Positions 20,310-31,004 of a stretch of 49,832 nt of DNA are shown piece by piece. Below the pieces are notes generated by a model that saw only the letters and a list, made by a program, of their open reading frames with translations, ran no database searches and had not been told where the DNA came from. Numbering within the stretch: the stretch's first letter is position 1; every line of letters starts with the position of its first letter. This stretch comes from Chrysochromulina tobinii. Its lineage: Eukaryota. Location of the stretch: the NCBI GenBank assembly GCA_001275005.1, contig JWZX01002423.1, positions 1 to 49,832 of the forward strand. The letters are read 5' to 3'. The translations under genes were made by a program, and so were the position numbers.

Positions 20310-23300
20310 CTAGGAGCTCAACCCCACGTACATACACGAATCATGTTCATATGTGCCCCGTCGGCGGTAAAGACCGCCAGCTGAGCCCACGGGCATCGCA
20401 GGAAGCACGAAGCTCAGCGGAGGCGCGAACCTCCGGTCATACTCGGCCCGAGTCACCTTCGGTTTCGCTCGCGGGGTAGCTGCTCGGTTCAGAGCCCTAT
20501 ATTCGATAACTCCGTAGGCTCCGTAGCACCTATCGCTGCTCGTCTCGGCCAACGGCTTCCGACGGTGGACGTTCCCGATTAAGGCGGCGTGACCGTCCAA
20601 TTTGGGTCGTCGAGACGGAGCGATGGAAGGAGTCATTAAATGAGAGGCCGGTGCGGCGCTGGTACCTTGGCTCAGCGGCGCCAGCTGTGCCAGCGGTACA
20701 TACCTGGGTGCATACCAAGTCAGAGCTCCAAGTGTGCCGCCCGGGCTGAGAGCGACGTATCCCCGTCCTTGGCTCCCCAGCACCCTGTCCTCAACGCATC
20801 GGCCACTTTGACGACTGCTCAGCCTTAAAAGGAGGCCATCTCCAGGTCCATCTGCAAGGCCATCATGGGCCGAAGCCTTAGTGCGAGTTTCGCGGCGCGG
20901 CATGCCCTGGGTGGCCGGGCGCACCGAATGCCGAACCAAGGCTGGGTGTGCTGATGTGTTTGTCGTGGCCACGCGCGCCGAATATGGAGCCGAATATGGA
21001 GGCATAAATGGCAGCCGGGTAGTACTCGGACGCACGGACGCACCCGGATTGAGATCATCGTTGATGCTGGGAGCTATACGAACAAGAGCTTGAGCTTCGT
21101 CGTCTGTCGCGTCACCGACGACTCTTTGGGGGTATCCTTGGGGCGGCGTGTGGGGCCGCGAAGGCGGCGGTGGCGCTGGCGGAGGAGATGATGACAGCGT
21201 GGCGTCGAGCTCGCTCTGCTCTTGAGCCTTGAGGCTGTCGAGCGCTTTGTTGTACTCGAGCGCCGCGATCTGAGCGTCAAGATGGCTGTCGCTCAGCCCT
21301 GTGTACGGTCCCCTGGCCGGCCCAGCAAGCCGCGAGCTCGGCCTGTCACCCTTCGGAAGCTGCGGGGGTGTCGGCACATGATGAGGCTGCATACTTGGGC
21401 TCGACCCTTCAAGACGTGCTGCAGTGACGCAGAAGAAGGCACCCGAACTCGGTCTACTACTCAATTCCCCCATAGGTTGAACTGCGGGAACCATCGAGAG
21501 AGCCGATTCGCGGAAGCGCACTCCGTGTCGTTTGATAGCTCGAATGAGACAGAGGCCCACCACGTGCCGCATCGTGCCATCCTCTGCTTGAGCCCAAACG
21601 AGAGAGCGCACCAGCATGCGCTCGTGGAGCGGCGTTTGCGTGCTGTTACCCCACCATCCGTTTCGCTCGATGGCGTCTGCTCGGCGCTGGAGGAACTGCA
21701 AGCGCTTCTCCGGAGGCAGATTGGCGACGAAGACCTGATCGGCCCTAGTCAGATCAATGAACACCACCCGAAGACGAGGATCAAGCTCCTCGATCACCTC
21801 TGAAGCTACTAGACCCTTGTCATTGATGCCTCTCCGGAGGAACTTGATTCGCTTCTCTTCGGAAAGGCTGGCCACAGTTTCTTGATCCTCTTTACAGAGC
21901 TCATCAAAGGCTTCCTGCAGCCGAGGCGGTATCCCTTTGCGCAGCGCCCAGTACTGCTTCTGTCCTCGCACACCTGCGACACTCCTCCCCTCACCCTTGT
22001 CGTCGCGGCTGCGCCTCTCTGGGTAGCATGATTCTGCCCAGACATCAAAGGCTTCCTGCAGCCGAAGCGGTATCCCTTTGCGCAGCGCCCAGTACTGCAT
22101 CTGTCCCCGCACACCTGCGACACTCCTGCCCCGATCCTTGTCGTCGCGGCTGCGCCTCTCTGGAGCTAGCTCCTTGGCACGCTTCTTATGAGTGTTCTCC
22201 ACCTTCTTCGCAGCCTGCTTATGGATGGTGGCGACGGCTTGCTTGCGCATCTCCTTCTCTTTCACAGCCTCCCTCTGCCTGTGTTTCGACTGTATCACTT
22301 TCGCAGCCTGGCTCTTTTTGCTCGTGTCCTCGCCTTTCTTCTTGATTCCGTCCTTGGCGCGGGCACGATAGTTCTTCCTCTTCTTTGGCGTGGAGATCGG
22401 CTGTGGCTCTGGATCCGGCACGTCCATTGTACCCGCCTTTGCATCCCGCGGTGGCTGTGCGCTTTCCTTGGCATCCCGCGGTGGCTTCGTTGCCACGGCA
22501 GGAGCTGCGGCGCTTGCAACCACGGCGGGCTGCTCCTGTTCGACGATCTCCTCCTCCTCCTCCGCATACTCTTCGTCGAATACGCAGTCAACCTCGTCTT
22601 TCCACACAAATGAAACCATGATCAGCTGCCCGTCGGCTCCGACGACCGGCTTCTTGACGGTCACTGTGCCGAAGAGCACCTTCAAGAATGCCGCGTACTC
22701 ATGTGCATCAATGCCGGCAGTCCAGGTATCTGCGAGCTCGAAGAACGCGTCGCAGAAGAGCTTGCGAGAGAGCGTCTCCTTTCCCTTCGTGTCGCGCGCC
22801 CAGTCCTCTGCAATCGAGCGCTCGCACTCGTCGGGGTCGAAGTCCTTGATCATCACGCGGTAGATGCGCCGCAGCATCAGCGCATGGCCCTCCTGATGCA
22901 GCTCGTTCGCGGAAGGGTCCCCCCCCGAGTGCAAGCTGCGCTGCGCCGCTTCCCAGTACATCTGAAGCGCTTCAAGCACGACCTTGTGATGCCTGAGCGC
23001 CTGACGCGCCTCCATCTTCTCCTTGGTCGCAAGGCTCGCATCGCCTTGCTGCCAGTACTCCACCTTCTCGAGCTCAGCTGCATCGTCAACGGAGGTCACG
23101 ATGCCACCCGCAGCCATCAACTGGTGCGCCTCGTCTGTCGCTCTCCGTGCATTCGCATGGAGATTGAATGCAGCGACAGCGGGACTGCCCTTGACTCCTT
23201 TGCGCAGCTTCTGGATGTACTCCGAATGCTGCCGTGTGCCTCCTCCTCCGCGTGGTGGCTTGGGCGGCTTCAGGGTCTTTGAGCCTCCGAGGGTTCTGCT

Positions 23301-23396
23301 CACCGCCTGGAGCGATCTGGCAAAGGACTTGAGCGTCGCCCAGTGAGCGTGTTGGTTGCTCTCGTCGACGTAGCGCTCGACTCGTGCATGTCGCAT
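20310..23396 (-). CDS. Uncharacterised 1028-aa protein with EF-hand-like region, IQ-like motif and internal duplication
   Basis: Long ORF with DWARDTKGKETLSRKLFCDAFFELADTW (EF-hand-like), AAKVIQSKHR (IQ-like) and a duplicated 47-aa block. Confidence 0.65.
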   Translation of the reverse strand: MRHARVERYVDESNQHAHWATLKSFARSLQAVSRTLGGSKTLKPPKPPRGGGGTRQHSEYIQKLRKGVKGSPAVAAFNLHANARRATDEAHQLMAAGGIVTSVDDAAELEKVEYWQQGDASLATKEKMEARQALRHHKVVLEALQMYWEAAQRSLHSGGDPSANELHQEGHALMLRRIYRVMIKDFDPDECERSIAEDWARDTKGKETLSRKLFCDAFFELADTWTAGIDAHEYAAFLKVLFGTVTVKKPVVGADGQLIMVSFVWKDEVDCVFDEEYAEEEEEIVEQEQPAVVASAAAPAVATKPPRDAKESAQPPRDAKAGTMDVPDPEPQPISTPKKRKNYRARAKDGIKKKGEDTSKKSQAAKVIQSKHRQREAVKEKEMRKQAVATIHKQAAKKVENTHKKRAKELAPERRSRDDKDRGRSVAGVRGQMQYWALRKGIPLRLQEAFDVWAESCYPERRSRDDKGEGRSVAGVRGQKQYWALRKGIPPRLQEAFDELCKEDQETVASLSEEKRIKFLRRGINDKGLVASEVIEELDPRLRVVFIDLTRADQVFVANLPPEKRLQFLQRRADAIERNGWWGNSTQTPLHERMLVRSLVWAQAEDGTMRHVVGLCLIRAIKRHGVRFRESALSMVPAVQPMGELSSRPSSGAFFCVTAARLEGSSPSMQPHHVPTPPQLPKGDRPSSRLAGPARGPYTGLSDSHLDAQIAALEYNKALDSLKAQEQSELDATLSSSPPPAPPPPSRPHTPPQGYPQRVVGDATDDEAQALVRIAPSINDDLNPGASVRPSTTRLPFMPPYSAPYSARVATTNTSAHPALVRHSVRPATQGMPRRETRTKASAHDGLADGPGDGLLLRLSSRQSGRCVEDRVLGSQGRGYVALSPGGTLGALTWYAPRYVPLAQLAPLSQGTSAAPASHLMTPSIAPSRRPKLDGHAALIGNVHRRKPLAETSSDRCYGAYGVIEYRALNRAATPRAKPKVTRAEYDRRFAPPLSFVLPAMPVGSAGGLYRRRGTYEHDSCMYVGLSS
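21902..22163. repeat. Tandem duplication with 141-bp period inside the CDS
   Basis: catcaaaggcttcctgcagccga... begins at 21902 and again at 22043; protein ERRSRDDK..SVAGVRGQ.QYWALRKGIP.RLQEAFD occurs twice. Confidence 0.9.
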
Positions 23397-23664
23397 TCAC
23401 GTCTCGCGTTACTCGCCTCGTGTCGCCCGCTTCCGCGCACGCCACGACAGCGAGCGGAGGAGAGCCAGAGTTTCAGGCTTGACCGTTCGCTCGTCGTCGC
23501 CGCTCTCGACCGGACCGCAGCTGACTGTCTCTGTTTGTTACAAAGTCAAACCCTCGACGTTTCACGTCCGCTTCCAAACACATGCAAACATCGGGAATTG
23601 CGTCGCAAGGAGCTTTGCATGCACAATAATACTGAAATTGATGATCGCTTCGCGCCACAAAAGT

Positions 23665-24717
23665 TTACCCATTGAGTCGCCCTTGGACCGGAGCTACCTG
23701 CCACGGAGCGAGCTCGCCCGCCGGAGCCGGCGGCAATGTGATAGCCGCGGTGGCCGCCGCGACCTCTGCCGCCGAGCTCGCCGCGCCCGCGGTTACAGCC
23801 CCAGCGGCCGCACCCGCCTCGCCGGCTGAGGCGGCTCCGCCTGCCGCAGCCTTCCTGTGACGCTTCTTGAGGAGCTGGCCGACGGGAGGCCCAAAGGAGA
23901 AGCGCGTGGCGCACACGGGGCATGAGGGCAGCTTGTCGTGCGCAAAGACGGCGAGGCACACCGAGCACGCGAAGCCGACTTCGAGCGGCTGCTTCGTCAG
24001 GAAGCAGCGCGCGCGCGTCTCCAGCTCTCCCTGCGGCGGTGCGCTCAGCAGCTGGCGCTCGTACCGATCGGGCAGGCAGCTCGTGAGCAGGTACTGAGCG
24101 AGCGCTCGCTGCGCGGGCGTGCCGCTGCGCGCGTGCAGGTACAGCCCGCCCGTCAGGTGCGCCGCCTGCTGCAGCAGCATCGAGTGCGAGGCGGAACCGA
24201 GCAGCACGGCGTCTATCAGCACGCCGAGCTTCTGCGCTGCGAAGATCGAGTTCATCGTGGCAAGGTGCTGAGCCGCCGAGTCAGCCGTAGCGTGCAGCAC
24301 TAGAATCCGTGGCTGGACGCGCGGATGCGCACGCGTGGCGCGGTGCAGCCGGCACAGTGCCGCCGCGAGTGCCGCCGAGAGGAGCGGCGCGTCCTCTTCC
24401 GAGCTGGATGCTTCAGCATAAGACGAGGACGCGAGCTGCGCCACGCCTCGAGCCACGGCCGCACGCAGGCCATGTGGGTCGCTCATGGCCACCACCACGT
24501 CTGGGGCGGCCTCTGGCGGCGGCCACAGCACCTCGACTGCCGTCGCATTGCTCGCGAGCACCGTGAGCTGGTTGGTTGCCGAAAGTAGCTGGTAGGCGTT
24601 GAGGAAGACGAGCATCTGCTCGAGCACTGCGCCGAGCGCTTCGGGTTCCTCCCATGATGGGCTGCAGTCCACGATTACTGCAAGCACCGATCTGTCATCC
24701 TCTGTGGGCTCGCGCAT
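23665..24717 (-). CDS. GTF2H3: TFIIH subunit p34 (Tfb4)
   Basis: vWA-like N-terminus (LAVIVDCSP, LVFLNAY..N.L), MNSIFAAQK, LLQQAAHLTGGLY, and C-terminal Zn finger GFACSVCLAVF..CPVC. Confidence 0.9.
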   Translation of the reverse strand: MREPTEDDRSVLAVIVDCSPSWEEPEALGAVLEQMLVFLNAYQLLSATNQLTVLASNATAVEVLWPPPEAAPDVVVAMSDPHGLRAAVARGVAQLASSSYAEASSSEEDAPLLSAALAAALCRLHRATRAHPRVQPRILVLHATADSAAQHLATMNSIFAAQKLGVLIDAVLLGSASHSMLLQQAAHLTGGLYLHARSGTPAQRALAQYLLTSCLPDRYERQLLSAPPQGELETRARCFLTKQPLEVGFACSVCLAVFAHDKLPSCPVCATRFSFGPPVGQLLKKRHRKAAAGGAASAGEAGAAAGAVTAGAASSAAEVAAATAAITLPPAPAGELAPWQVAPVQGRLNG

Positions 24718-24936
24718 GCGCGAGGACCTCCGCCTCGGGACTCGAAGGAGTTTCGGAGGTGTGAATTGGCTCGTGTGAAACTGTGAACAACTCTGGCCTT
24801 TTTTTCCAGTTTGCTCGTAGCCACATTATTTTACAGGTTCTGTTTTTTTCACGCCGACATCACGCGGGCGGTATTTAACTAGCCTTTTGGAAACTCGACA
24901 CGTTGACACTCGACAGTCTCTACGCTGTACGCTCAC

Positions 24937-26280
24937 TCACCGCCACGATGAATTGTAAACGATGATGGGCGGCTCCGCCAGCTGTCGATCCTGTGGTGGG
25001 TGTGGCCACGCAATGAGCGGCGGCATCGGCGGCGGCACCCACGCAACAGGTGGCGGCACGGCCACAGGATCCTTGTGCACCACCTCGACTGTGCCGGTGG
25101 GCCACACCTGCCCTCCCAGGTCCAACCCTCCCCGAACCCAAAGATGGGATTGCTCCGATTGCTGAGGCGGCGGCTGCCGCCTTTGCTGCTCCAAACGGAG
25201 TGATTGGATGAGCTGCTTCTGGTCGAGGGCGTGCACGTGCGCTCGCCGCTGCTGGTCGCGCAGCACGGCGTTCTCGCGCCGCGTGGATTCCACTTGCGCG
25301 CGCCACTTGAGAAGCAACCGATGTGTCTCCGCGTCCATCGAACCAAGGAGCTCACCCACTGCCGCCTCGAGCACCGCCACGCGTGAGCTGCAAGCCGCCT
25401 CCGCCTTCTCGACCGCTGCATTGCGAAGCTCGTCCAGAACCTTTCCCAACTCCCCTCCGACGATGCCTCGTACGAGCAGAGAGAGCGCGCGTTCCGTCGC
25501 CGAGCGACCGCTCGCCGTGTCGTCGAGTTCCGCCGCGGAGACGACCGCCATCGTCTCTGGTGCCGGTGGTGCTTGCGGTGACACCGGCGGTGACACCGAC
25601 GGTAATGACGGCGGCACCGATGGCACCGCTGGCGCCGGCGGCACAATCGCAGTGGGTGCTACCAGTGCCGCTGAAGCACGCATCGGAGTTGTTGCCTGCT
25701 CGACGTGCCGGCGAGTCTCCCGCTGCGCGAGCTCCAACAGGTGCTCCAGATCTGCAACCTGGCCGCGCAGCGTGTTTGCGCGCTGCTCCTGCCGCGCGCG
25801 CTCCGCATCGGCGAGTTGGCGCGCCTGCTTCTCTGCGGCAAGTTCGCCCTCGGCGCGCTCACGAGCGCGGCGCTCGGAGCCCAGCTCCTTCTCAGCAATG
25901 TCGCGGGCTTGCTGCACGTAGCTAAGCTCTAAGGCCATGCGCCGCTTCTCGCTCCTCTCGGCCTCGATCTCAGCCACGTGACGGCGTCGATGCTCATCGT
26001 CGAGTGCGAGCGATTCAGTGCGCTCATCGATCTGCCGCTGCAAAAGATCGCACTTGGCCGCAAGAGCCGCCGCCTCGGAACGCGCGGCCGCAACCTCGGA
26101 ACGGGCTGTCGTCCCGGCCCCTGCGGCCTCTGCCTTCACTAACGCAGCGACGGCGGTCGCTGAAGCAACTTGCTCCCGCAGCTTGCTCACCTCGTCGAGA
26201 AGCTCACCGGCGCGCCGAAACCACATGTCAGCACGGGTTTCGGATTCAGTCGCATCGCGGACGGCTCTCATGAGAGACAT
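24937..26280 (-). CDS. Coiled-coil protein with Pro-rich segments, unknown function
   Basis: Track ORF 24937..26451; coding-like composition begins at the ATG at 26280 (MSLMRAVRD). Confidence 0.6.
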   Translation of the reverse strand: MSLMRAVRDATESETRADMWFRRAGELLDEVSKLREQVASATAVAALVKAEAAGAGTTARSEVAAARSEAAALAAKCDLLQRQIDERTESLALDDEHRRRHVAEIEAERSEKRRMALELSYVQQARDIAEKELGSERRARERAEGELAAEKQARQLADAERARQEQRANTLRGQVADLEHLLELAQRETRRHVEQATTPMRASAALVAPTAIVPPAPAVPSVPPSLPSVSPPVSPQAPPAPETMAVVSAAELDDTASGRSATERALSLLVRGIVGGELGKVLDELRNAAVEKAEAACSSRVAVLEAAVGELLGSMDAETHRLLLKWRAQVESTRRENAVLRDQQRRAHVHALDQKQLIQSLRLEQQRRQPPPQQSEQSHLWVRGGLDLGGQVWPTGTVEVVHKDPVAVPPPVAWVPPPMPPLIAWPHPPQDRQLAEPPIIVYNSSWR

Positions 26281-26547
26281 GTTGGAGATGAAGAAGCCAT
26301 TTTTAAAGAGGAGCGCCCGGGACGACGCGCTTTGACAGTCGATGTCGGGATTCGCGATGCTCAATTTCGGAGTATTCTTACCGTGATCACAACTCTTGAA
26401 AATTCGCATGCACAACACACGTTTCAGGCAGGATTCACGGATTTCACACACGCACGTACACGCGCGCGCGCCAGCGCCCGATGTGCCGTCTCAACACAGC
26501 AGGGTCCCGCCAAGCCGCCATACAATAGTACTGTGATGATACACTTC

Positions 26548-27633
26548 TCATGCTCTCGCACTCGGCACGTTGATGCAGTAGGTCTCAAACGGGCGCGAGT
26601 CCACGAGCCAGCGGAAGAGCTCTTGCACGGGCACGACGAGGCAGCCGTCGTTCTCTAATAAGCGGCAGCCATCGCGGTCGCAGTGCAGGCTCGTCTGCTT
26701 CTCGTACGGCAACGGCGGTGAGAGCTCCTGTGCGAGGAGCCTCTCGATGCGCGGCAGCAGAGTGGGCACAGAGCCCTCGACGGTGTGCTTGCCCCATCCA
26801 GTGATGATCTTGAGGTCGGCGGGCAAAAAGTTGCCGACCTCATGCTGGAGCACGTAGCGCACGGCGGAGACCGCCGTCGCTTGCGAGAACATATGCAGAT
26901 CCAGCGAGAACGGCTCGCCCGCATGCCAGTGAGTAAAGACCTTGTCCTGCACACCGAGTGCGTAGATCTCGACCGCCTTGGCCGCCTCACCCGCGTCGTC
27001 GCACGCGCCGATGACCTGCGAGTAGAGGCCGACCGTGCCGCGCATGGAGTGCCCGCGCTCGCGCACCCGGTTGAGCAGCGAGATCGCACGCGCCCACTCA
27101 CCACCCGCGCGGCACGCGCGCGCCGCCTCGGTGTACGGCGCCAGGTCCGTCGCGTCGCCCGCATCCTCGAGCTCGCGCAGGAGCTTGAGGGCGTCACGCC
27201 ACTCGCCGGCGTCTGCGCACGCGCCGATCGCTGTGACGAATAGCTCCACCAGCGGCGGCTCCTCGTCGCCGCCCTCTGCGGCATTCCTGCTGCTGCTACT
27301 GCTGCTGTGGTTGTCACTGCTGCCGATGCTGCTGCTTCGCAAACTGAGCGCTGAGAGCGCCAGTTGGCTCACCGCCTCATGACCGCCAGTGGACACCGCG
27401 AGCTGCGCTCGCTCGAGCCAATCTTCTCGCCTCAGGTGGTGCGGCGCCTCGTCGCCTGCTGCGTGCAAGCTCATGACGGGGGCGGCTGCGGAGCAGAGCA
27501 TGCCCGGCGCAGAGGACCGTGGCACGGTGCAAACCGCGACAAGAGCCGGCGTCGGGTGAACCGCGAAGGGGCGAACCGGCTGGAGGCTCACCGCCAGCGC
27601 GGCCGCCATCGTCAACAGCAACAGTGGCACCAT
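26548..27633 (-). CDS. PPR + Smr (MutS2-C) domain protein, probably plastid-targeted
   Basis: Signal-peptide-like N-terminus, PPR-like repeats (AIGACADAGEWRDALKLL, YSQVIGACDDAGE), Smr motifs LDLHMFS and KIITGWGKHT. Confidence 0.8.
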   Translation of the reverse strand: MVPLLLLTMAAALAVSLQPVRPFAVHPTPALVAVCTVPRSSAPGMLCSAAAPVMSLHAAGDEAPHHLRREDWLERAQLAVSTGGHEAVSQLALSALSLRSSSIGSSDNHSSSSSSRNAAEGGDEEPPLVELFVTAIGACADAGEWRDALKLLRELEDAGDATDLAPYTEAARACRAGGEWARAISLLNRVRERGHSMRGTVGLYSQVIGACDDAGEAAKAVEIYALGVQDKVFTHWHAGEPFSLDLHMFSQATAVSAVRYVLQHEVGNFLPADLKIITGWGKHTVEGSVPTLLPRIERLLAQELSPPLPYEKQTSLHCDRDGCRLLENDGCLVVPVQELFRWLVDSRPFETYCINVPSARA

Positions 27634-28096
27634 GAAGAAGTGTCACCGGAGATGGCTGGAGACGGTTTCCGGCCGCGGAGACTTGCGGAGATTCCCAATT
27701 ACGTCTTCGAATATCACGCTCTCATGTGCCTGGGCTTCAATAGCCTGATTACAACTAGGCTTGCCTCGGAGGATTCCACGGTCTCCACGTCTTCTCGTCC
27801 ACGACGTGTCCTCCGACAGCCTCCGAACCCGCGTCAGGACGATCTTCGCCCAGGAGTACGCGGACACTCCACAAGGCCCGACCCACCATTACCTACGCCC
27901 TCTGAATTCTCCGTGGCCGCTCGCCTCTCCCATTGGCTCGCGCGTCCCCACCGGATGGCCACAGCACCTCGCCCCCTGTCAGCGGGGTGGCTCTTCCCGG
28001 AGCCGAGCCTTCCCGTTCGAGGGTGGCATGCACTCTCTTCTCTTACTCACTTGCATGGCGCACGGGTGGACGTGTGTGTGTCGCAGGCGATTCCCG

Positions 28097-28978
28097 ATGG
28101 TAGCCTCTCAGACGTGTCCAGTCAAGGACTCGCCATCCGTCGCGAGCGGATGTCCGGTGGCTCCCGCAACTGCAGCAAACGGCACCGCCAGCCTGACGAG
28201 CGCCACCGCCTCGGGATGCGGCGCCGGCGGCGGCGGCGGCAGCAGCAGCAACACTGCTGGGGCCCCCGTGGCGAGCCGCTGCCCGGTGCAGCGGCGCGGA
28301 GTCGACGCCGGCGCCGGCGCCGACGTGCTCAACCCGGCGAACGCCATGCCGGTGACGCCCAACCAGCAGCCAGCGCCTGGCCAGCGCGCACCGCTCTCGA
28401 CCCACCGCGTCACCTCGACGATCCCAAGCGCGGAGCGCACGGAACCGCGCTGGGTGTACCCGTCCGAACAGATGTTCTTCAACGCCATGCGCCGCAAGGG
28501 GTACGACCCGCGTGAAGAGGAGATGGGGATGGTCGTGGCCATCCATAACTCGGTCAACGAGCGCACGTGGGTGCAGGTGCTCGAGTACGAGGGCACGCTG
28601 TACCCTGAATGCGTCGACACGCTCCAGCTCGTGCGCTTCGTCGGCAAGCCCGACGAGCCCACCCTTAAGGCGCGCGCCCGCGCCCTCACCGGGTACGCCA
28701 AGCCCTTCGACCGGCACGACTGGGTGCTTTCGCGCTGTGGAAAGGAGGTCACGTACCTCATCGACTTTTACAACGGCACGCCGACGCCTCTGAAGCCGGT
28801 GGCGATGCACATCGACGCGCGCCCCGCCGCCGACGACCTGCAGAGCGCGTGGGATCGCGCTCGCATGCCCTTCGTGCGTTTTTGGCGATCGGTCCGCCCG
28901 CAGCAGGCCGCCGCTGCAGCGACGGCCGCCGCTGCGTACCCCGCCGGAGGAGCCGCCGCCTCGAGCAAGGCGAACTAG
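28097..28978 (+). CDS. HCCS: Holocytochrome c synthase (cytochrome c/c1 heme lyase)
   Basis: Three CPV heme-regulatory motifs, WVYPSEQMFFNAMRRKG, HNSVNERTW, PFDRHDW, YLIDFY, IDARPA. Start inferred at the ATG at 28097. Confidence 0.92.
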   Translation: MVASQTCPVKDSPSVASGCPVAPATAANGTASLTSATASGCGAGGGGGSSSNTAGAPVASRCPVQRRGVDAGAGADVLNPANAMPVTPNQQPAPGQRAPLSTHRVTSTIPSAERTEPRWVYPSEQMFFNAMRRKGYDPREEEMGMVVAIHNSVNERTWVQVLEYEGTLYPECVDTLQLVRFVGKPDEPTLKARARALTGYAKPFDRHDWVLSRCGKEVTYLIDFYNGTPTPLKPVAMHIDARPAADDLQSAWDRARMPFVRFWRSVRPQQAAAAATAAAAYPAGGAAASSKAN

Positions 28979-29466
28979 AGGAGGCGCTAGCGCGCCAGAG
29001 ACCATTAGAGGAGGCATATCGGACCGCGTGTATTCGACGATGCGTCCGTGTGTGTATCTGTATGGAGGGCCCTACATGTAGATGCCTGTGCCCGCGCGCT
29101 GTGGAAATCGAGTCACAACATGTGTCTTTATTATCACACGTACTGTGATTTTCTTACTCCCCGGGTTCGCGGTGTTTAACCTTAACCTGGGGTCCGGGTC
29201 CAGACATCATGCCAGACATGTGACCGTTACCAGATCTAGGCGTACTCGCGTACACAATTGCGCGTACAAGCACAGAAGTCAAGTAACGAGTACCAGTCAC
29301 ATGCGAGTACTCAGTACTTGTGTTGACCGAGGGGTGAAAAAACATCCTTTGAGACTGCGACGGTGTGCATGGGTGGGGTTAGCCATTTGCGCGGGGGACC
29401 GCGACGAAACTGACTGCCAAACCGAATCACGACCTCTTGAGTTCTTGCGCGAGCCACCACTCCACG

Positions 29467-30741
29467 ATGCTCAAGGATGAGGCTGGAAGAGAGGTTCAGG
29501 TGCACATGCCGCTCCTCTTGTGGTTAGTCAACAACTGGCTCATGGTCGAGCCGCTCCTGAAGGAAGTCACCTCGCGCAAACTGGATGCAAAGCACGACAC
29601 AATACTGCTTGATGTACGGACAAGGAGAGGCGTAGAACTGGCTACGCTTGACCCGAGGCACGTGTTTGCGGAAGCGCGCACGATCGAGCTGACAGCGATT
29701 CGGGGGACTCTGTCAGAGCATCCCTTCCTCTACGATGGCAAATGGACAAAGGGCGTTGTCGTTCACATCAAACAGGCAGTGAAAACCACCAAAGGCGCAA
29801 AGGGACCATGCTGCTTGTTTGCTTACGGCGACTCGTGCGTGCACGCCCCGGATCAGGACGATCCTAAAGCCGACTTTTACATGAGCATCGCGTCACACTT
29901 TGCGGACGACCTCCGAGCAATCGCTGAGAAAAATCTCACGCCAGCATTGAGAGAGCACCAGCAACGGGCCCTCCTGGAGCAGGGGACGAGCTTCCAGCCA
30001 CTGCTCCCTGCCGCAAAGCCTACTCCGACCGCTCCGCCCGCTGCCCCGCCCCCCGGCTTGCCCGCCGTCGGCACGGCCCGTAGGCGGCCACCTGCCAAGC
30101 TGTCCCCCGCAGAACCGCGAGCTGCGCCGTTGCCAGCGGCAGCATCCTCACTGCTCGCGGCGTCGCCACATCTGATCGGCTTGGAGCCACCCGCCCCACT
30201 GCCGCCGGCCGCATCGCTGCCAACGCCGCCAGCCGCAGCGCTGCCCGTTGCATCGCCGTCCGCGACAGCGCCCGCTACAGCGCCCAAATCAGCGCCCGCT
30301 ACAGCGCCCGCTACCGCGCCCGCTACCGCGCCCGCTACAGCGCCCATAACAGCACCCGCTACAGCGCCCGCTACAGCGCCCATATCAGCGCAGCTCCAAG
30401 ACGCCGGACCTCTCTCGGCGGCGACGATGCGACCGGTGCAGGTTGGCGACCGGTGCACCGTCAGCGGCCTTCGGGGGCGGGCGGATCTCAACGGCCGGAC
30501 GTGCGTGCTCCTCACCTTCTCCGAAGATCGCTGGGGCATCGAAGTCGAGGGCAGCAAAGAGTGCGTGCGCGTGAAGCTCGCGAATCTGGTGCTCGTCGAA
30601 GGTGCGGAGACGCGAAGCATCGAGCTCACGCGAGATATCGATCTCGCGGAGCTCCGGGAGCGCACGCGAGAAGCACTGAGCTCTATCCGAGTGGACCTCG
30701 CGCCCGCCTGCTCTGTGAGCCAACTGGACAGAGTCGACTAA
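29467..30741 (+). CDS. Uncharacterised protein with APAT repeats and a C-terminal SH3/KOW-like module
   Basis: Open frame with 12-bp repeats (acagcgcccgct) at ~30264-30380 and C-terminal VGDRCTVSGLRGRADLNGRT...VRVKLANL. Confidence 0.6.
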   Translation: MLKDEAGREVQVHMPLLLWLVNNWLMVEPLLKEVTSRKLDAKHDTILLDVRTRRGVELATLDPRHVFAEARTIELTAIRGTLSEHPFLYDGKWTKGVVVHIKQAVKTTKGAKGPCCLFAYGDSCVHAPDQDDPKADFYMSIASHFADDLRAIAEKNLTPALREHQQRALLEQGTSFQPLLPAAKPTPTAPPAAPPPGLPAVGTARRRPPAKLSPAEPRAAPLPAAASSLLAASPHLIGLEPPAPLPPAASLPTPPAAALPVASPSATAPATAPKSAPATAPATAPATAPATAPITAPATAPATAPISAQLQDAGPLSAATMRPVQVGDRCTVSGLRGRADLNGRTCVLLTFSEDRWGIEVEGSKECVRVKLANLVLVEGAETRSIELTRDIDLAELRERTREALSSIRVDLAPACSVSQLDRVD

Positions 30742-31004
30742 GCACTGCGTCGTCAACGCACACATTCACAGAGAGCGCTGGTTTTTGCAGGCTCCCGTCT
30801 ACGGAAGCTGCACGCTCCACATGCCTGCGGAGAAGGCAGATTCCACGAGGTCCTTTCGAGGACCTGATTATTGACGACTTTACATATGCGGAGATTTAAA
30901 GAACGACGTAGCTTAATTTGAGACTAAACTTTCCGAAGTACTGTACTGTAGAGCATCCAGAGCTCTCCACCTCCGAATGATCTCCGTCGAAATTGCGCGT
31001 CGAA

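Noticed and set aside
27364..28515. 383-aa plus-strand ORF and the 5' extension of the heme lyase ORF
   Set aside because: It overlaps two well-supported genes in other frames and has the Arg-rich composition typical of GC-rich off-frame translation.
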